A stretch of 64,000 nucleotides of DNA. It comes from an uncultured Bacilli bacterium (GTDB taxonomy: Bacteria > Bacillota_I > Bacilli_A > RF39 > UBA660). Below are positions 48,175-58,943 of this stretch, in pieces (positions within the stretch are counted from its first letter, which is position 1; the number at the start of each line of letters is the position of its first letter). The translations under genes were made by a program, and so were the position numbers. The stretch spans positions 105,900 to 169,899 of the forward strand of contig CAKPLY010000002.1 in NCBI GenBank assembly GCA_934167825.1. The letters are read 5' to 3'. Under the pieces are notes generated by a model, which saw only the letters and a program-made list of their open reading frames with translations, was not told the origin of the DNA and ran no database searches.

Positions 48175-49702
48175 ATTTTATATTAGTACAGCGATAGCAT
48201 ATGCATCAAGTAAACCGCATATTGGTAATACTTATGAAATAGTTTTAGCAGATGTCATTGCAAGATACAAAAGATTATGTGGATATGATGTTTATTTTCA
48301 AACTGGTACAGATGAACATGGTGAGAAAATAGAATTAAAAGCAAAGGAAGCAGGAATTAATCCACAAGAATATGTTGATGAGAAAAGTGATGAAATTAAA
48401 AGAATATGGGATGTAATGAATACAAGTTATGATAGATTTGTTAGAACAACTGACCCAAAACACAAAGAAATAGTACAAGAAATATTTAAGAAATTATATG
48501 AACAAAAAGATATATATTTAGGTACTTATACTGGGCTTTATTGTACTCCTTGTGAATCATTTTGGACTGAGAGTCAGCTTGTTGATGGAAAGTGTCCTGA
48601 TTGTGGTAGAGAGGTAAAAGAGGCAAGTGAGGAAGCTTATTTCTTTAAAATGAGTAAATATTCTAAATGGTTAGAAGATTATATTAATAATAATCCTTCG
48701 TTTATTGAACCTGAATCTAGAAAGAATGAAATAATGAATAACTTTATTAAACCTGGATTACAAGATTTATGTGTATCTAGAACTAGTTTTAAATGGGGAG
48801 TTCCTGTTTCATTTAATGAAGGTCATGTTGTGTATGTTTGGATTGATGCTTTATCTAATTATATTACTTTTTTGGGCTATAATCCTAATGGTGAATCTAG
48901 TGATGAATTTAAAAAATATTGGCCTTGTGATATACATTTAATAGGTAAAGATATATTAAGATTTCATACTATTTATTGGCCTATTATGCTTCATGCTTTA
49001 GGACTTGAACTTCCTAAAAAGGTATTTGGACATCCTTGGTTATTGTTTGGTAGTGACAAAATGAGTAAGAGCAAAGGAAATATTGTTTATGCAGATGATT
49101 TGGTTGATAAGTATGGTGTTGATGCAGTTAGATTTTATATGATTCATGAGATTCCTTTTGGGCAAGATGGTAGTTATACTGAAGATTTACTTATTGATAC
49201 TATAAATTCTAATTTAGCAAATGTTTTAGGAAATTTAGTTAATAGAACTATCGGTATGTCTAATAAATATTTTGATGGTATTGTTGTGAATAAAAATGTT
49301 AGTGAAGATATTGATAATGACTTTATAAATGATATATTAAGTGTTAAAGATAAAGTTGAAGAGAATATTAATAAATATCGTGTTGCGGATTCTTTAGAAA
49401 ATATAATTGATGGGTACCGTAGATGTAATAAATATATTGATGATACAATGCCTTGGGTATTAGTAAAAGATGATACAAAGAAGGATAGATTAAGTACAGT
49501 TTTATATAATTTGGTGGAAGCAATTAGAATTATTACTGTTTTATTACAACCTTATTTACCTGATACTTCAAAAAATATATTTAAACAAATAAATACTGAT
49601 AAGGTAAGTTATGATTCAATAAGTGAATTTGGTAGTTATATTAGTGGTACTAAGTTAAATATTCCTGAAATATTATTTAAGCGTATTGAACAAGAAAAGT
49701 AA
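48164..49702 (+). CDS. metG: Methionyl-tRNA synthetase (short form, no C-terminal tRNA-binding domain)
   Basis: KPHIGN (HIGH), zinc knuckle CPDCG, KMSKSKGN. ATG 48164 has RBS AAAGGAGAAG. Overlaps the dut end by 11 nt. Confidence 0.95.
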   Translation: MKDKFYISTAIAYASSKPHIGNTYEIVLADVIARYKRLCGYDVYFQTGTDEHGEKIELKAKEAGINPQEYVDEKSDEIKRIWDVMNTSYDRFVRTTDPKHKEIVQEIFKKLYEQKDIYLGTYTGLYCTPCESFWTESQLVDGKCPDCGREVKEASEEAYFFKMSKYSKWLEDYINNNPSFIEPESRKNEIMNNFIKPGLQDLCVSRTSFKWGVPVSFNEGHVVYVWIDALSNYITFLGYNPNGESSDEFKKYWPCDIHLIGKDILRFHTIYWPIMLHALGLELPKKVFGHPWLLFGSDKMSKSKGNIVYADDLVDKYGVDAVRFYMIHEIPFGQDGSYTEDLLIDTINSNLANVLGNLVNRTIGMSNKYFDGIVVNKNVSEDIDNDFINDILSVKDKVEENINKYRVADSLENIIDGYRRCNKYIDDTMPWVLVKDDTKKDRLSTVLYNLVEAIRIITVLLQPYLPDTSKNIFKQINTDKVSYDSISEFGSYISGTKLNIPEILFKRIEQEK

Positions 49703-49716
49703 TTTAAGATATAAAA

Positions 49717-49750
49717 AGATTTACATTGTTAATGGTGTAAGTCTTTTTTT
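49717..49750 (+). terminator. Rho-independent terminator after metG
   Basis: agatttaca...tgtaagtct stem (one G-U pair) followed by T7. Confidence 0.7.
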
Positions 49751-49837
49751 GCTGTAAAATAAATGTCAATATTTGTCATAATTAGATATTGTTATTTACA
49801 AGTCTATTTTTATTTGCTATTATTGATTTAAGCGGTA

Positions 49838-50035
49838 TTGCAGTATTGTTTTAAGAAAGGAATAAGAGCAATGCTAAAGAGAATATATTGTTATAAATAT
49901 GTTTTTGTAGTAATAATTACTGTTTGTTTATTTATTTATTTTTATAGAAATAATTTTACTGTAGGTGATGTTTTATATTTATTTATAGTGGAATGTTTTT
50001 TTATAAGACAGGCAATTAGTTTACGCATTAAATAG
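49838..50035 (+). CDS. Small hypothetical membrane peptide (weak call)
   Basis: 65-aa ORF with one hydrophobic segment, no clear RBS. Confidence 0.2.
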   Translation: MQYCFKKGIRAMLKRIYCYKYVFVVIITVCLFIYFYRNNFTVGDVLYLFIVECFFIRQAISLRIK

Positions 50036-50051
50036 AAGAAGAGGTGTACAT

Positions 50052-50804
50052 ATGATTACTGATATTCATTGTCATTTAGATTTGGATTATTATGATGATT
50101 TAGATTCTATATTAGAAAATGCCAAAAATAATGATGTTGGTAAACTTATTTATAATGGTACAAATATTTATAATAATAAGTATGTACTTGATATTATTAG
50201 TAAATATGATAATGTTTATGGGGCGATTGGGTTTCATCCTACTGAATTAGATGAGGTTAAAGAAAGTGATTATGAGTTTTTAGAAAGAGAAATTCAAAAT
50301 AAAAAAATAGTTGCTATTGGAGAAATTGGACTTGATTATCATTATCCAGATACTGATAAGGAATTACAAAAGAGACATTTTATTAGACAATTAGAACTTG
50401 CGAAGAAGTATGATATACCTGTAATTATACATTCAAGAGACGCGATACAAGATACTTATGATTTAGTTAAGAAGTATAAAGTTAGGGGAGTTCTTCATTG
50501 TTATAGTGGTAGTGTAGAGATGGCAAGAGAGTTTATTAAACTTGGTATATATATTTCTATTGGTGGAGTAGTAACATTTAATAATGCTAAAAATGTCATT
50601 GATGTAATAAAAGATATTGATTTATCATACTTATTAGTAGAGACAGATAGTCCTTATTTGACTCCAGAACCTTATAGGGGAAAAAGAAATGAACCTGCGT
50701 ATGTTATATATGTCGTAAAAAAAATAGCACAAATTAGGGAGATAGATATTAATAAGTTAAAGAATATACTTAGTAGTAACGTTTTTCACCTATTTGACAT
50801 TTAA
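50052..50804 (+). CDS. tatD: TatD-family metal-dependent DNase/hydrolase
   Basis: DIHCHLD, GEIGLDYHY, IHSRDA, VETDSPYL. Confidence 0.92.
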   Translation: MITDIHCHLDLDYYDDLDSILENAKNNDVGKLIYNGTNIYNNKYVLDIISKYDNVYGAIGFHPTELDEVKESDYEFLEREIQNKKIVAIGEIGLDYHYPDTDKELQKRHFIRQLELAKKYDIPVIIHSRDAIQDTYDLVKKYKVRGVLHCYSGSVEMAREFIKLGIYISIGGVVTFNNAKNVIDVIKDIDLSYLLVETDSPYLTPEPYRGKRNEPAYVIYVVKKIAQIREIDINKLKNILSSNVFHLFDI

Positions 50805-50855
50805 TAAAAAAAATGGTAGAATTATTTTAGTGATAAAATAATAGAGGTGGATTTT

Positions 50856-51446
50856 ATGAAGAAAATAGTACCTAAGATACTAATAGTTTCTTTACAAATT
50901 ATAATAGGTGCTTTATTTTTAATAATAAAAGTTAATTGTGAAAAAGATATTAAATATACAGTAAATAGTAATAAATTAGATAAGTTAAGTCAATTTGTTT
51001 ATAGTGAAAAGGAAAAATCTATACTAGATTATGATACAATTAGTACTTATATTGGCAGTTTAACTGGTTATGGACCTGATTGTTATGGATGTGGAAATTA
51101 TCGTACTAATAAAGTTTCTACTTCTTCGGGATATCATATTGCAAATATAGTGGATGGTGTTATTCAAAGTGCTTTTACTATAACATATGATGATTATGAG
51201 TATGGAGAAGTTAGAATTCTTGCTGCAGATAGAACTATTCCTTATAAATCTATTGTAAGAGTTAGTGCTCCTGGTATGGAACCTTTTTTGGGAGTCGTAC
51301 TAGATAGAGGTAGTACTGTTGGTATATCTAATTGTAGTAGTAAGAATGGATGTTTAACTACTTTTGATTTACTTTATCCTACCGAAAAGGAAGCAAATGG
51401 TAAAATAAATAATGTTATTTTTGATATATTAAGAGTGGGTGAATAA
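50856..51446 (+). CDS. Secreted/anchored 3D-domain-like cell-wall protein (YabE position)
   Basis: N-terminal TM/signal segment. GYGPDCYGCG...VLDRGS...FDLL resembles the 3D (MltA-like) domain. Synteny tatD-yabE-ksgA. Confidence 0.5.
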   Translation: MKKIVPKILIVSLQIIIGALFLIIKVNCEKDIKYTVNSNKLDKLSQFVYSEKEKSILDYDTISTYIGSLTGYGPDCYGCGNYRTNKVSTSSGYHIANIVDGVIQSAFTITYDDYEYGEVRILAADRTIPYKSIVRVSAPGMEPFLGVVLDRGSTVGISNCSSKNGCLTTFDLLYPTEKEANGKINNVIFDILRVGE

Positions 51447-51515
51447 CTCATTTTTTTAATTTATTGTTGACTTTTAATGTTTAATATTATTTAATATATT
51501 TAAGGATGTGTAATT

Positions 51516-52310
51516 ATGTTAGAAAATTTTGAATATAAGAAATCATTAGGGCAGAATTTTATTAATGATCAGAATATAATAGATAAGATTGTTAAAGTTG
51601 CTGGAGTAGATAAAGATACTTTAGTTATTGAGATAGGGCCAGGAGCAGGTGTGTTGTCTAGTAAGATTATACCATTATCTAAGTATTCTATATTATATGA
51701 AATAGATACAAGGTTAGAGGAAATATTAGATTATAACTTATGCAAGTATGATAATTACAAAATTATATTTAATGATTTTCTTTGTGAAGATGTTTCTTTA
51801 GAAGTTAAAAAATATGATTATAAGAAGTTATATGTAGTTGCTAATTTGCCTTATTATATTACTACTCCCATAATATGTAAGATTACTGAAGAGTTAAATG
51901 TAGATAAAGTTGTTATTATGATACAAAAAGAGGTTGCAGATAGATTATGTGCTAAAGTTAATAGTAAAGATTATGGATATATTAGTGCATATTTAAATTA
52001 TTTTTATGATATTAAAAAAGAGTTTTTGGTATCAAGAAAATGTTTTACTCCATCTCCAAAAGTAGATAGTATGGTTATATCACTTAATAGAATAGATAGA
52101 GATAACAAAGTTAATAATATTAAATTACTAAATAGGATTTTAAAAGATAGTTTTAAGTATAAAAGAAAAAATTTAAAGAATAATTTAAAGGGTTATGATT
52201 TGAAGAAAATAGAAAGTATATTAGAAAAACATAAACTTAATATAACTTGTCGTGCTGAGAATATTAATATCGATGTTTTTGTTGATATAGCAAATGAACT
52301 AGATAAATAG
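51516..52310 (+). CDS. rsmA: 16S rRNA (adenine1518/1519-N6)-dimethyltransferase
   Basis: KSLGQNFI, EIGPGAGVL, ANLPYYITTPI. Confidence 0.93.
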   Translation: MLENFEYKKSLGQNFINDQNIIDKIVKVAGVDKDTLVIEIGPGAGVLSSKIIPLSKYSILYEIDTRLEEILDYNLCKYDNYKIIFNDFLCEDVSLEVKKYDYKKLYVVANLPYYITTPIICKITEELNVDKVVIMIQKEVADRLCAKVNSKDYGYISAYLNYFYDIKKEFLVSRKCFTPSPKVDSMVISLNRIDRDNKVNNIKLLNRILKDSFKYKRKNLKNNLKGYDLKKIESILEKHKLNITCRAENINIDVFVDIANELDK

Positions 52311-52352
52311 TTCTTTTTCTTTTTTTATTACATATATTGTATTGGTGATATT

Positions 52353-53114
52353 GTGTATAGAATAGGGAATTTAGTTACTAGAAAGTCATATAATAATGAT
52401 ATTATATTCAAGATTGTTGATATAGTAGAAGATAATTATATATTACAAGGTTATTTTGTTAGACTATATGCTGATGCTAAAGAAGAAGATTTAAATTTAG
52501 TAAATGGTGATGTTACTAATGATTTTGAACCTGATATTAATGAATATAGAACTTTAGATAGAAATGAATATTTTTATTTACCTGGCAAAATTTTGCATTT
52601 GGATGGAGATAGGGATTATTTAAATAAGTGTATGGAATTTTATAAAAAAAATAAGATTAAAGCATTTGGTTTTTATATGAAAGAAGAGAATTTTGCAGAT
52701 AATATTGGTGATTTGTTAGATAAATATAATCCTGATATATTAGTTCTTACTGGTCATGATGCTTATTTTAGAAAGAAAAGAGGAAATCAGGGGTATAAGA
52801 ATACAAGTAGTTTTGTTAATGCTGTAAAAGAAGCAAGAAAGTATGAAAAATCGCAAGATAAACTTATTATTATATCTGGTGCATGTCAATCTAATTATGA
52901 AGAACTTATTACATCGGGATCTAATTTTGCTTCAAGTCCTAAAAAAGTTAATATTCATGCACTTGATCCTGCGATAGTTGCTACTATGGTTGCATTTTCT
53001 AATAAAAATAATGATATAGATTTAATAAAAATACTTAATAGTACTAAATATAAAAGTGATGGAATTGGAGGAATTATAACAAAAGGTACAATGTATGTTG
53101 GTTATCCAAGATAA
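52353..53114 (+). CDS. yabG: Sporulation-specific protease YabG
   Basis: ILHLDGD, PDILVLTGHDAY, IISGACQS. Synteny ksgA-yabG-veg. Confidence 0.85.
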   Translation: MYRIGNLVTRKSYNNDIIFKIVDIVEDNYILQGYFVRLYADAKEEDLNLVNGDVTNDFEPDINEYRTLDRNEYFYLPGKILHLDGDRDYLNKCMEFYKKNKIKAFGFYMKEENFADNIGDLLDKYNPDILVLTGHDAYFRKKRGNQGYKNTSSFVNAVKEARKYEKSQDKLIIISGACQSNYEELITSGSNFASSPKKVNIHALDPAIVATMVAFSNKNNDIDLIKILNSTKYKSDGIGGIITKGTMYVGYPR

Positions 53115-53124
53115 AGGGGGAATT

Positions 53125-53346
53125 ATGACACTTAAGAATATTAAGCAGTTAGTGTTAAAAAATATTGATAAAGAAGTTAAGGTGATATATAATGGTTCTA
53201 GAAATAAAAGGGAAGAATATTTTGGTACAATAAAAGAGGTCTATAATTACATATTTATTGTTAAGTTAGATACTGATGAAGTAAAAAGTTTTAGTTATAG
53301 TGATGTGCTAACAAATACAGTTCAAATTTTTTTTGGTAAAATATGA
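53125..53346 (+). CDS. veg: Veg protein
   Basis: LKNIKQ...GRNKREEYFGTIKEVY..IF.V......SFSYSDVLT pattern. RBS AAAGGGGG. Confidence 0.85.
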   Translation: MTLKNIKQLVLKNIDKEVKVIYNGSRNKREEYFGTIKEVYNYIFIVKLDTDEVKSFSYSDVLTNTVQIFFGKI

Positions 53347-53423
53347 GAAAACACTTGATTTTTAATATAATTTAATATACAATGATATTAGAAATATTGT
53401 TTCTAGAAGGAGAGTTAAAGTAC

Positions 53424-53699
53424 ATGAAAATAACTAAGGTTAAAGTTGACACAAAAGAAAAAGAAAATTCTAAGATGAAAGGTATAGCATCAGTAACTTT
53501 AGATGATTGCTTTGTTGTTAAAGGAATAAGAATTCTTGAAGGAGATAATGGTCTATTTATAGCAATGCCAAGTAGAAAAGTAATTACAGAAAATGGTGAA
53601 GAACATAAAGATGTTGCTCATCCAATAAATGCTGAAACTCGTCAAATGTTTACTGACGCGATTTTGGAAGAATATAATAATCAAGTTAATAATAAATAA
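53424..53699 (+). CDS. spoVG: Septation/sporulation regulator SpoVG
   Basis: MKITKVKV...[33 protein letters not shown]...DVAHPIN. Confidence 0.93.
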   Translation: MKITKVKVDTKEKENSKMKGIASVTLDDCFVVKGIRILEGDNGLFIAMPSRKVITENGEEHKDVAHPINAETRQMFTDAILEEYNNQVNNK

Positions 53700-53768
53700 A
53701 CTCCTTAGTGAGTTTTTTTTGTATATAATAAAAATCTTTTGCATATATTTTTTTAGGAGGACAAGTAT

Positions 53769-54062
53769 ATGGACAAGACAAAAGAAATGGAAAATACATT
53801 TAATCATGGAATAACAATTTCAGAAAGAAAGAGTATACAAGTTACAGGAGTTAAAAAGATTGAAAGTTTTGATAATGAGGAGTTTTTTATGGAGACTACA
53901 CTAGGGTATTTAGTTATAAAAGGAAGTAGTTTAGAAATAATTAAACTTGATACTTACCAAGGTAATGTTTCTATTAAGGGTAAAATAGATAGTATGACTT
54001 ATATTGAAGATAATATAAAAAAAGATAAAGAAAGTTCATTAATTAATAAGTTGTTTAAATAA
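53769..54062 (+). CDS. yabP: Sporulation protein YabP
   Basis: ISERKSIQVTGVKKIESFDNEEF...LVIKGSSLEI. RBS AGGAGG. Confidence 0.85.
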   Translation: MDKTKEMENTFNHGITISERKSIQVTGVKKIESFDNEEFFMETTLGYLVIKGSSLEIIKLDTYQGNVSIKGKIDSMTYIEDNIKKDKESSLINKLFK

Positions 54063-54349
54063 TGAAATTAGATGTTCAAATATATTCTTTATTGTTTTCT
54101 TTTTTCTTTGGAGTAATATTTTATCTTTTTTTACTGATGCTGTATAAGTATTTGTTTAATAAAAAAATTTTTGTTAGAATAATTAGTTCAATTTTCTTTT
54201 CTCTTTTCTTTTCAATTTTATATTTTTTTATACTTTTAATGATAAATAGTGGTATTTTACATATATATTTCTTTGTTTTGTTTACTTTTGGATATATATT
54301 ATGTAAACTAATTATTAAGAAAATATTTGTAAAAAAACATCTACCGTGA
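54062..54349 (+). CDS. yabQ: Spore cortex biosynthesis membrane protein YabQ
   Basis: 95 aa, 3 TM segments, TAATG overlap with yabP, plus synteny. Confidence 0.75.
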   Translation: MKLDVQIYSLLFSFFFGVIFYLFLLMLYKYLFNKKIFVRIISSIFFSLFFSILYFFILLMINSGILHIYFFVLFTFGYILCKLIIKKIFVKKHLP

Positions 54350-54382
54350 TATAATGTATGTAGTATAAGGTAGGTGATTGAT

Positions 54383-54703
54383 ATGGCAAAGAAAGTTGTT
54401 AAAAAAAGGGTTAAATTTAAAAGAAAAATTAGACTATTTTTAGCATTTGTTTTTTTTGGAAGTATTGCATCATTACTAAGTTATAAATTCTTTTATAATA
54501 TAAAACAAATACAGGGAATGAATAATGAAATGGATTCTCTTAATGATGAGTTAGTTAAATTAGATGAAGAGAAGAAAGTTTTAGAAGCTGATATACAAAA
54601 ATTAAAAGATCCTACATATATTGCTCGTTATGCAAGAGAAAAGTATTTATATTCAAAAGATGGGGAATTAATTATTAGACTTCCTGATGATGAGGATGAA
54701 TAA
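54383..54703 (+). CDS. divIC: Septum formation initiator (DivIC/FtsB family)
   Basis: Basic N-terminus, TM segment, coiled coil, DPTYIARYAREKY. Confidence 0.8.
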   Translation: MAKKVVKKRVKFKRKIRLFLAFVFFGSIASLLSYKFFYNIKQIQGMNNEMDSLNDELVKLDEEKKVLEADIQKLKDPTYIARYAREKYLYSKDGELIIRLPDDEDE

Positions 54704-54717
54704 AAAGAACTAGATTT

Positions 54718-56634
54718 TTAGTTCTTTTTTTCGTCTTTCTTTTTTGTTTTCTTTTCTTTTGGTTGCTCTTTAGTGTTATCTAGAGTTTCTTTAGTTTCAT
54801 CTTTAGGTAAATGTTTGTGTTCTACTAGATAATCTATTTGTTCTTTTGTTATTGTTTCTTCTTCAAGTAAAGTTTCTGCGATTAGTTTTAATAAGTCTTT
54901 GTTTTCATTAATAATTTTTTTAGTTTTTTCATAACAAGAATTTATTATACTACGCATTTCTTCATCTATTTCATGTGCAACTGTATCAGATATGTTTCTA
55001 TTTTTTGTATAATCTCTTCCTAAGAAGGTATTTGCGGATGGTTCTTCAAGCATCATTGGTCCTAAGTTACTCATACCGTATTCTGTTACCATACTTCTTG
55101 CAATTTTGGTTGCTTTTTTAAAGTCATCATGTGCACCTGTTGTTATTTCATTAAATGTTATTTCTTCTGCTACACGTCCTCCAAGAAGTCCACAAATTGA
55201 TTCTAGTAATTCTTTTTTTGTGTAATTAAATGCTTCTTCTTTTGGTGTCATCATTGTATATCCACCAGCATTTCCTCTTGGTATTATTGTAATTTTTTGA
55301 ACATCATTAGCACCATCTAATTTTAAACCTAATACTGCGTGTCCTGCTTCATGGTATGCAACTAATTTCTTTTCTTTGTCTGTATATTTTTTAGTTACTT
55401 TTGCTGGTCCCATTAGGACTCTGTCTGTTGCTTCATCTATTTCTTCCATTGTAATTTTTTTCTTATTTCTTCTTACTGCTAAAAGTGCTGCTTCGTTAAG
55501 TAAATTTTCTAGATCTGCACCAGAAAATCCTGGAGTTCTTTTTGCTAGATATTCTAGTGTTATACTTTCATCAAGTACTTTGTTTTTTGCGTGTACTTTT
55601 AATATTTCTATTCTAGCATTTTTATCTGGAAGTGCTACTGTTACTTGTCTGTCAAATCTTCCTGGTCTTAATAAAGCAGGATCTAAAACATCAGGCCTAT
55701 TTGTTGCTGCAATTATTATTATTCCTTCGTTTGCACCGAATCCATCCATTTCTGTAAGTAATTGATTTAGTGTTTGTTCTCTTTCATCATGTCCACCACC
55801 AAGTCCTGTTCCTCTTTGTCTACCAACGGCATCTATTTCATCAATAAATATTAAACATGGTGCATTCATCTTAGCTTGTTTAAACATATCTCTTACACGA
55901 GATGCTCCAATACCTACAAATAATTCTACAAAGTCAGATCCGCTTATGTAGTAAAATGGTACATTTGCTTCTCCAGCTACTGCTCTTGCTAGTAATGTTT
56001 TACCTGTTCCTGGAGGTCCTACAAGAAGTATTCCTTTTGGAATTCTTGCTCCCATACTTTGAAATTTTTTTGGATTTTTAAGAAAATCTATAAGTTCTTG
56101 CACTTCTTCTTTTTCTTCGGTTAATCCTGCTACATCTTTGAATGTTGTTTTTTTGTTGTCTTCCATTAATTTTGCACGACTTCTACCAAAATCCATAGAT
56201 TTATTGTTTCCACCAATTTGTCTTGTAAATATCCAAAATACTGCTCCTACTAAAAGTAGCATTGGTATTACTTCTACTGCTATTGTTAACCATTCTGATG
56301 CAGATGGATCATTTTGTATTTCTAATTTAAAATCATTTGTTTTTTCTGCTTCAACGATATTTGAAATAAATGATTCAGATATTGGTAAATATAAAATGAA
56401 TGATTCATTTTCTGCATATCCTTTTAACTTACCAGTAAGTTCATAGGTATTTGTTCTTATTCTTGGTACTATTGTTAATTCTGTTATTTTTCCATTATTT
56501 AAATCATTATTAAATTCATCTACTGTTAATTCATTTATTTTTGTATTAAATGTATTAAAGAAGATTAAACATGATATTATTATTACTAATAAAAATACAT
56601 ATGGAAATAAATTCTTTTTAGTTGTTTTATTCAT
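54718..56634 (-). CDS. ftsH: ATP-dependent zinc metalloprotease FtsH
   Basis: [31 protein letters not shown] zinc site. Confidence 0.97.
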   Translation of the reverse strand: MNKTTKKNLFPYVFLLVIIISCLIFFNTFNTKINELTVDEFNNDLNNGKITELTIVPRIRTNTYELTGKLKGYAENESFILYLPISESFISNIVEAEKTNDFKLEIQNDPSASEWLTIAVEVIPMLLLVGAVFWIFTRQIGGNNKSMDFGRSRAKLMEDNKKTTFKDVAGLTEEKEEVQELIDFLKNPKKFQSMGARIPKGILLVGPPGTGKTLLARAVAGEANVPFYYISGSDFVELFVGIGASRVRDMFKQAKMNAPCLIFIDEIDAVGRQRGTGLGGGHDEREQTLNQLLTEMDGFGANEGIIIIAATNRPDVLDPALLRPGRFDRQVTVALPDKNARIEILKVHAKNKVLDESITLEYLAKRTPGFSGADLENLLNEAALLAVRRNKKKITMEEIDEATDRVLMGPAKVTKKYTDKEKKLVAYHEAGHAVLGLKLDGANDVQKITIIPRGNAGGYTMMTPKEEAFNYTKKELLESICGLLGGRVAEEITFNEITTGAHDDFKKATKIARSMVTEYGMSNLGPMMLEEPSANTFLGRDYTKNRNISDTVAHEIDEEMRSIINSCYEKTKKIINENKDLLKLIAETLLEEETITKEQIDYLVEHKHLPKDETKETLDNTKEQPKEKKTKKKDEKKN

Positions 56635-56636
56635 CG

Positions 56637-57944
56637 TTATTCCTCCTTTTCATAGTACTTAAGTATTATATCATACTTTTCATCTTTTTTCTTATTAAAT
56701 TTTGATTTTTTTATATTTGGTATCCATAAAATGTTGTTTTTAGAATCTACTAGTAATGGATAGTCATTTCTTTTTGATATTGGTATTTTATTATTTATAA
56801 ATATATCTTTTACTTTTTTAGTACCATTTAATCCTAGTACTTCAATTTTATCTTTGTCTTTTTTGTTTCTTATATATAATGGAAATGTTACTTCATTTGT
56901 ATTTAATCTACATATATCGTTTCCATCTGTGTCGCTTTTGTCTATTATTTTAATGATATAATTGTTTCTTTCAAAGTGATTTTTGAATTCTATGTTATAT
57001 GGTTCTTCTTTTTTATTTGTATTAAATGTTAAAATATTGTATTCTTTTGTTACAGTTAAATTGTTTTTTAAATTTATTTTACAATTAGGTTTTTTGTTGT
57101 TAATTATATTTAGAATCCCTTTTATATTTTCTTCTTTAATTGTATTTGTTTTGTTATTATATATATCATTTATTATGTGATAGAGAATATGTTTTTTTAG
57201 AAATGGGTGTAGTGTGTTAAATTTATTTAAATCTAGTTTGTTATTTTTATATATTTCTTTCATATTTTTTTCTATTTCATAGTTTGCATAATTATTATAT
57301 TCTTCGAGTGTATTAGAATATCTTATGAATTTTTTGTGTACATTTTTATCTTCTTTTTTTAAAAGGGGTAATATATGTAGTCTTATTCTATTTCTTGTGT
57401 ATGTATCATCTTTATTGGTGTAATCTTCGAAAAACACAACATTATTATTCTTATTATAGTTTAATAGTTCATCTTTTGTGTAATCTAGAAAAGGTCTTAT
57501 TATATAGTAATTATTTTGTTTAGTTATTTTTTTCATACCTATATATCCATTTATGTTAGAACCTCTTATTATTTTCATTAATATTGTTTCTATTAGGTCA
57601 TCGGCATGATGTGCAAGAAATAGATAGTTACTGTTATATTTTTTTAATGTTTGTTCATAGAAGGCATATCTTTTGTCTCTTGCTTCCTTTTCAAAATTAT
57701 TTTCTGTATATTTTTTTATTTTCATACACTCAAATGGTATATTTTTTTCTTTACATATATTTCTTATGTATTCTTCTTCAACATCACTTTCTTTTCTTAC
57801 GTTATGATTTATATTTACTACGATTATTTTATCGTTATAATTATTTAACACGTAATGTAAAAGTGCCATGGAGTCTGCACCTCCAGATATTCCTAAAACG
57901 ATGGGACCAGAAATATTTAATTTATTAAAATCTATATTAAGCAT
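56637..57944 (-). CDS. tilS: tRNA(Ile)-lysidine synthase
   Basis: PP-loop GISGGADSMAL, LAHHADD. Immediately upstream of ftsH. Confidence 0.9.
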   Translation of the reverse strand: MLNIDFNKLNISGPIVLGISGGADSMALLHYVLNNYNDKIIVVNINHNVRKESDVEEEYIRNICKEKNIPFECMKIKKYTENNFEKEARDKRYAFYEQTLKKYNSNYLFLAHHADDLIETILMKIIRGSNINGYIGMKKITKQNNYYIIRPFLDYTKDELLNYNKNNNVVFFEDYTNKDDTYTRNRIRLHILPLLKKEDKNVHKKFIRYSNTLEEYNNYANYEIEKNMKEIYKNNKLDLNKFNTLHPFLKKHILYHIINDIYNNKTNTIKEENIKGILNIINNKKPNCKINLKNNLTVTKEYNILTFNTNKKEEPYNIEFKNHFERNNYIIKIIDKSDTDGNDICRLNTNEVTFPLYIRNKKDKDKIEVLGLNGTKKVKDIFINNKIPISKRNDYPLLVDSKNNILWIPNIKKSKFNKKKDEKYDIILKYYEKEE

Positions 57945-58118
57945 AATTCACCTTCTTTTGTATATTATTATAACATATTTATGGGTATTTTCAATTAATT
58001 TAATTATTTGACGGTTTAATTTCTTTTTTTAGGTTGATATGTTAATATATATAAAAATTTGTTATTTAGACTTTATTTTTTTGATAAAGTTTGTTAAAAT
58101 AGTTATAAGGAGTAGAAG

Positions 58119-58943
58119 GTGAATTTAGTGGGAAAAATTATTGCAGTAGTAAATCAAAAAGGTGGCGTTGGAAAAACTACCACAAGTATTAATTTATCTG
58201 CTTCTTTAGGAGTTCTTAAAAAAAAGGTTTTGCTTGTTGATTTGGACCCTCAAGGAAATGCAACAACAGGAGTAGGGATAGACAAGGGTGATATAGAAAG
58301 TAGTGTATATGAAGTATTAGTTATGAAAAGTTCAATAGAGGATGCTATTATTAAGACTAAAAGTAAGAATTTGAGTTTACTTCCAGCATATTTAAATTTA
58401 GCAGGAGTAGAAATGGAACTTATTGAACTAGAAAGAAAATTCAAGGATGAGGGAAAAAACTTTAATCGTGTTGTAAGACTAAAAGAAGAATTATGTAAGG
58501 TTAAAGATAATTATGATTATATTATTATAGATTGTCCACCATCTTTGGGTATTTTAACTACTAATGCTTTGGCGGCAGCAGATTCAGTGCTCATTCCTGT
58601 TCAATGTGAATATTTTGCACTAGAAGGAATTATGCAACTTATAAATACTGTTATGCTTGCACAAAAGAAAGTAAATCCTAAACTTGATATAGAAGGTGTA
58701 CTTCTTACTATGCTTACTTCAAATACTAATTTGGGACTTGAAGTAGTTGAAAGTATTAAGGGATTTTTTAAAGAAAGAGTATATAATACTATTATACCAA
58801 GATTAATTAGACTTGCAGAAGCTCCATCACATGGTAAACCAATTATAGAATATGAACCAAGAAGTAGGGGAACACTTGCATATCTAAATTTAGCAAAGGA
58901 GGTTATAGAAAGAAATGGAACAGAAGAAGAAAGCGTTGGGTAG
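58119..58943 (+). CDS. soj: Chromosome partitioning ATPase ParA/Soj
   Basis: Deviant Walker A NQKGGVGKTT, DLDPQGN, IIDCPPSLG. Confidence 0.95.
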   Translation: MNLVGKIIAVVNQKGGVGKTTTSINLSASLGVLKKKVLLVDLDPQGNATTGVGIDKGDIESSVYEVLVMKSSIEDAIIKTKSKNLSLLPAYLNLAGVEMELIELERKFKDEGKNFNRVVRLKEELCKVKDNYDYIIIDCPPSLGILTTNALAAADSVLIPVQCEYFALEGIMQLINTVMLAQKKVNPKLDIEGVLLTMLTSNTNLGLEVVESIKGFFKERVYNTIIPRLIRLAEAPSHGKPIIEYEPRSRGTLAYLNLAKEVIERNGTEEESVG

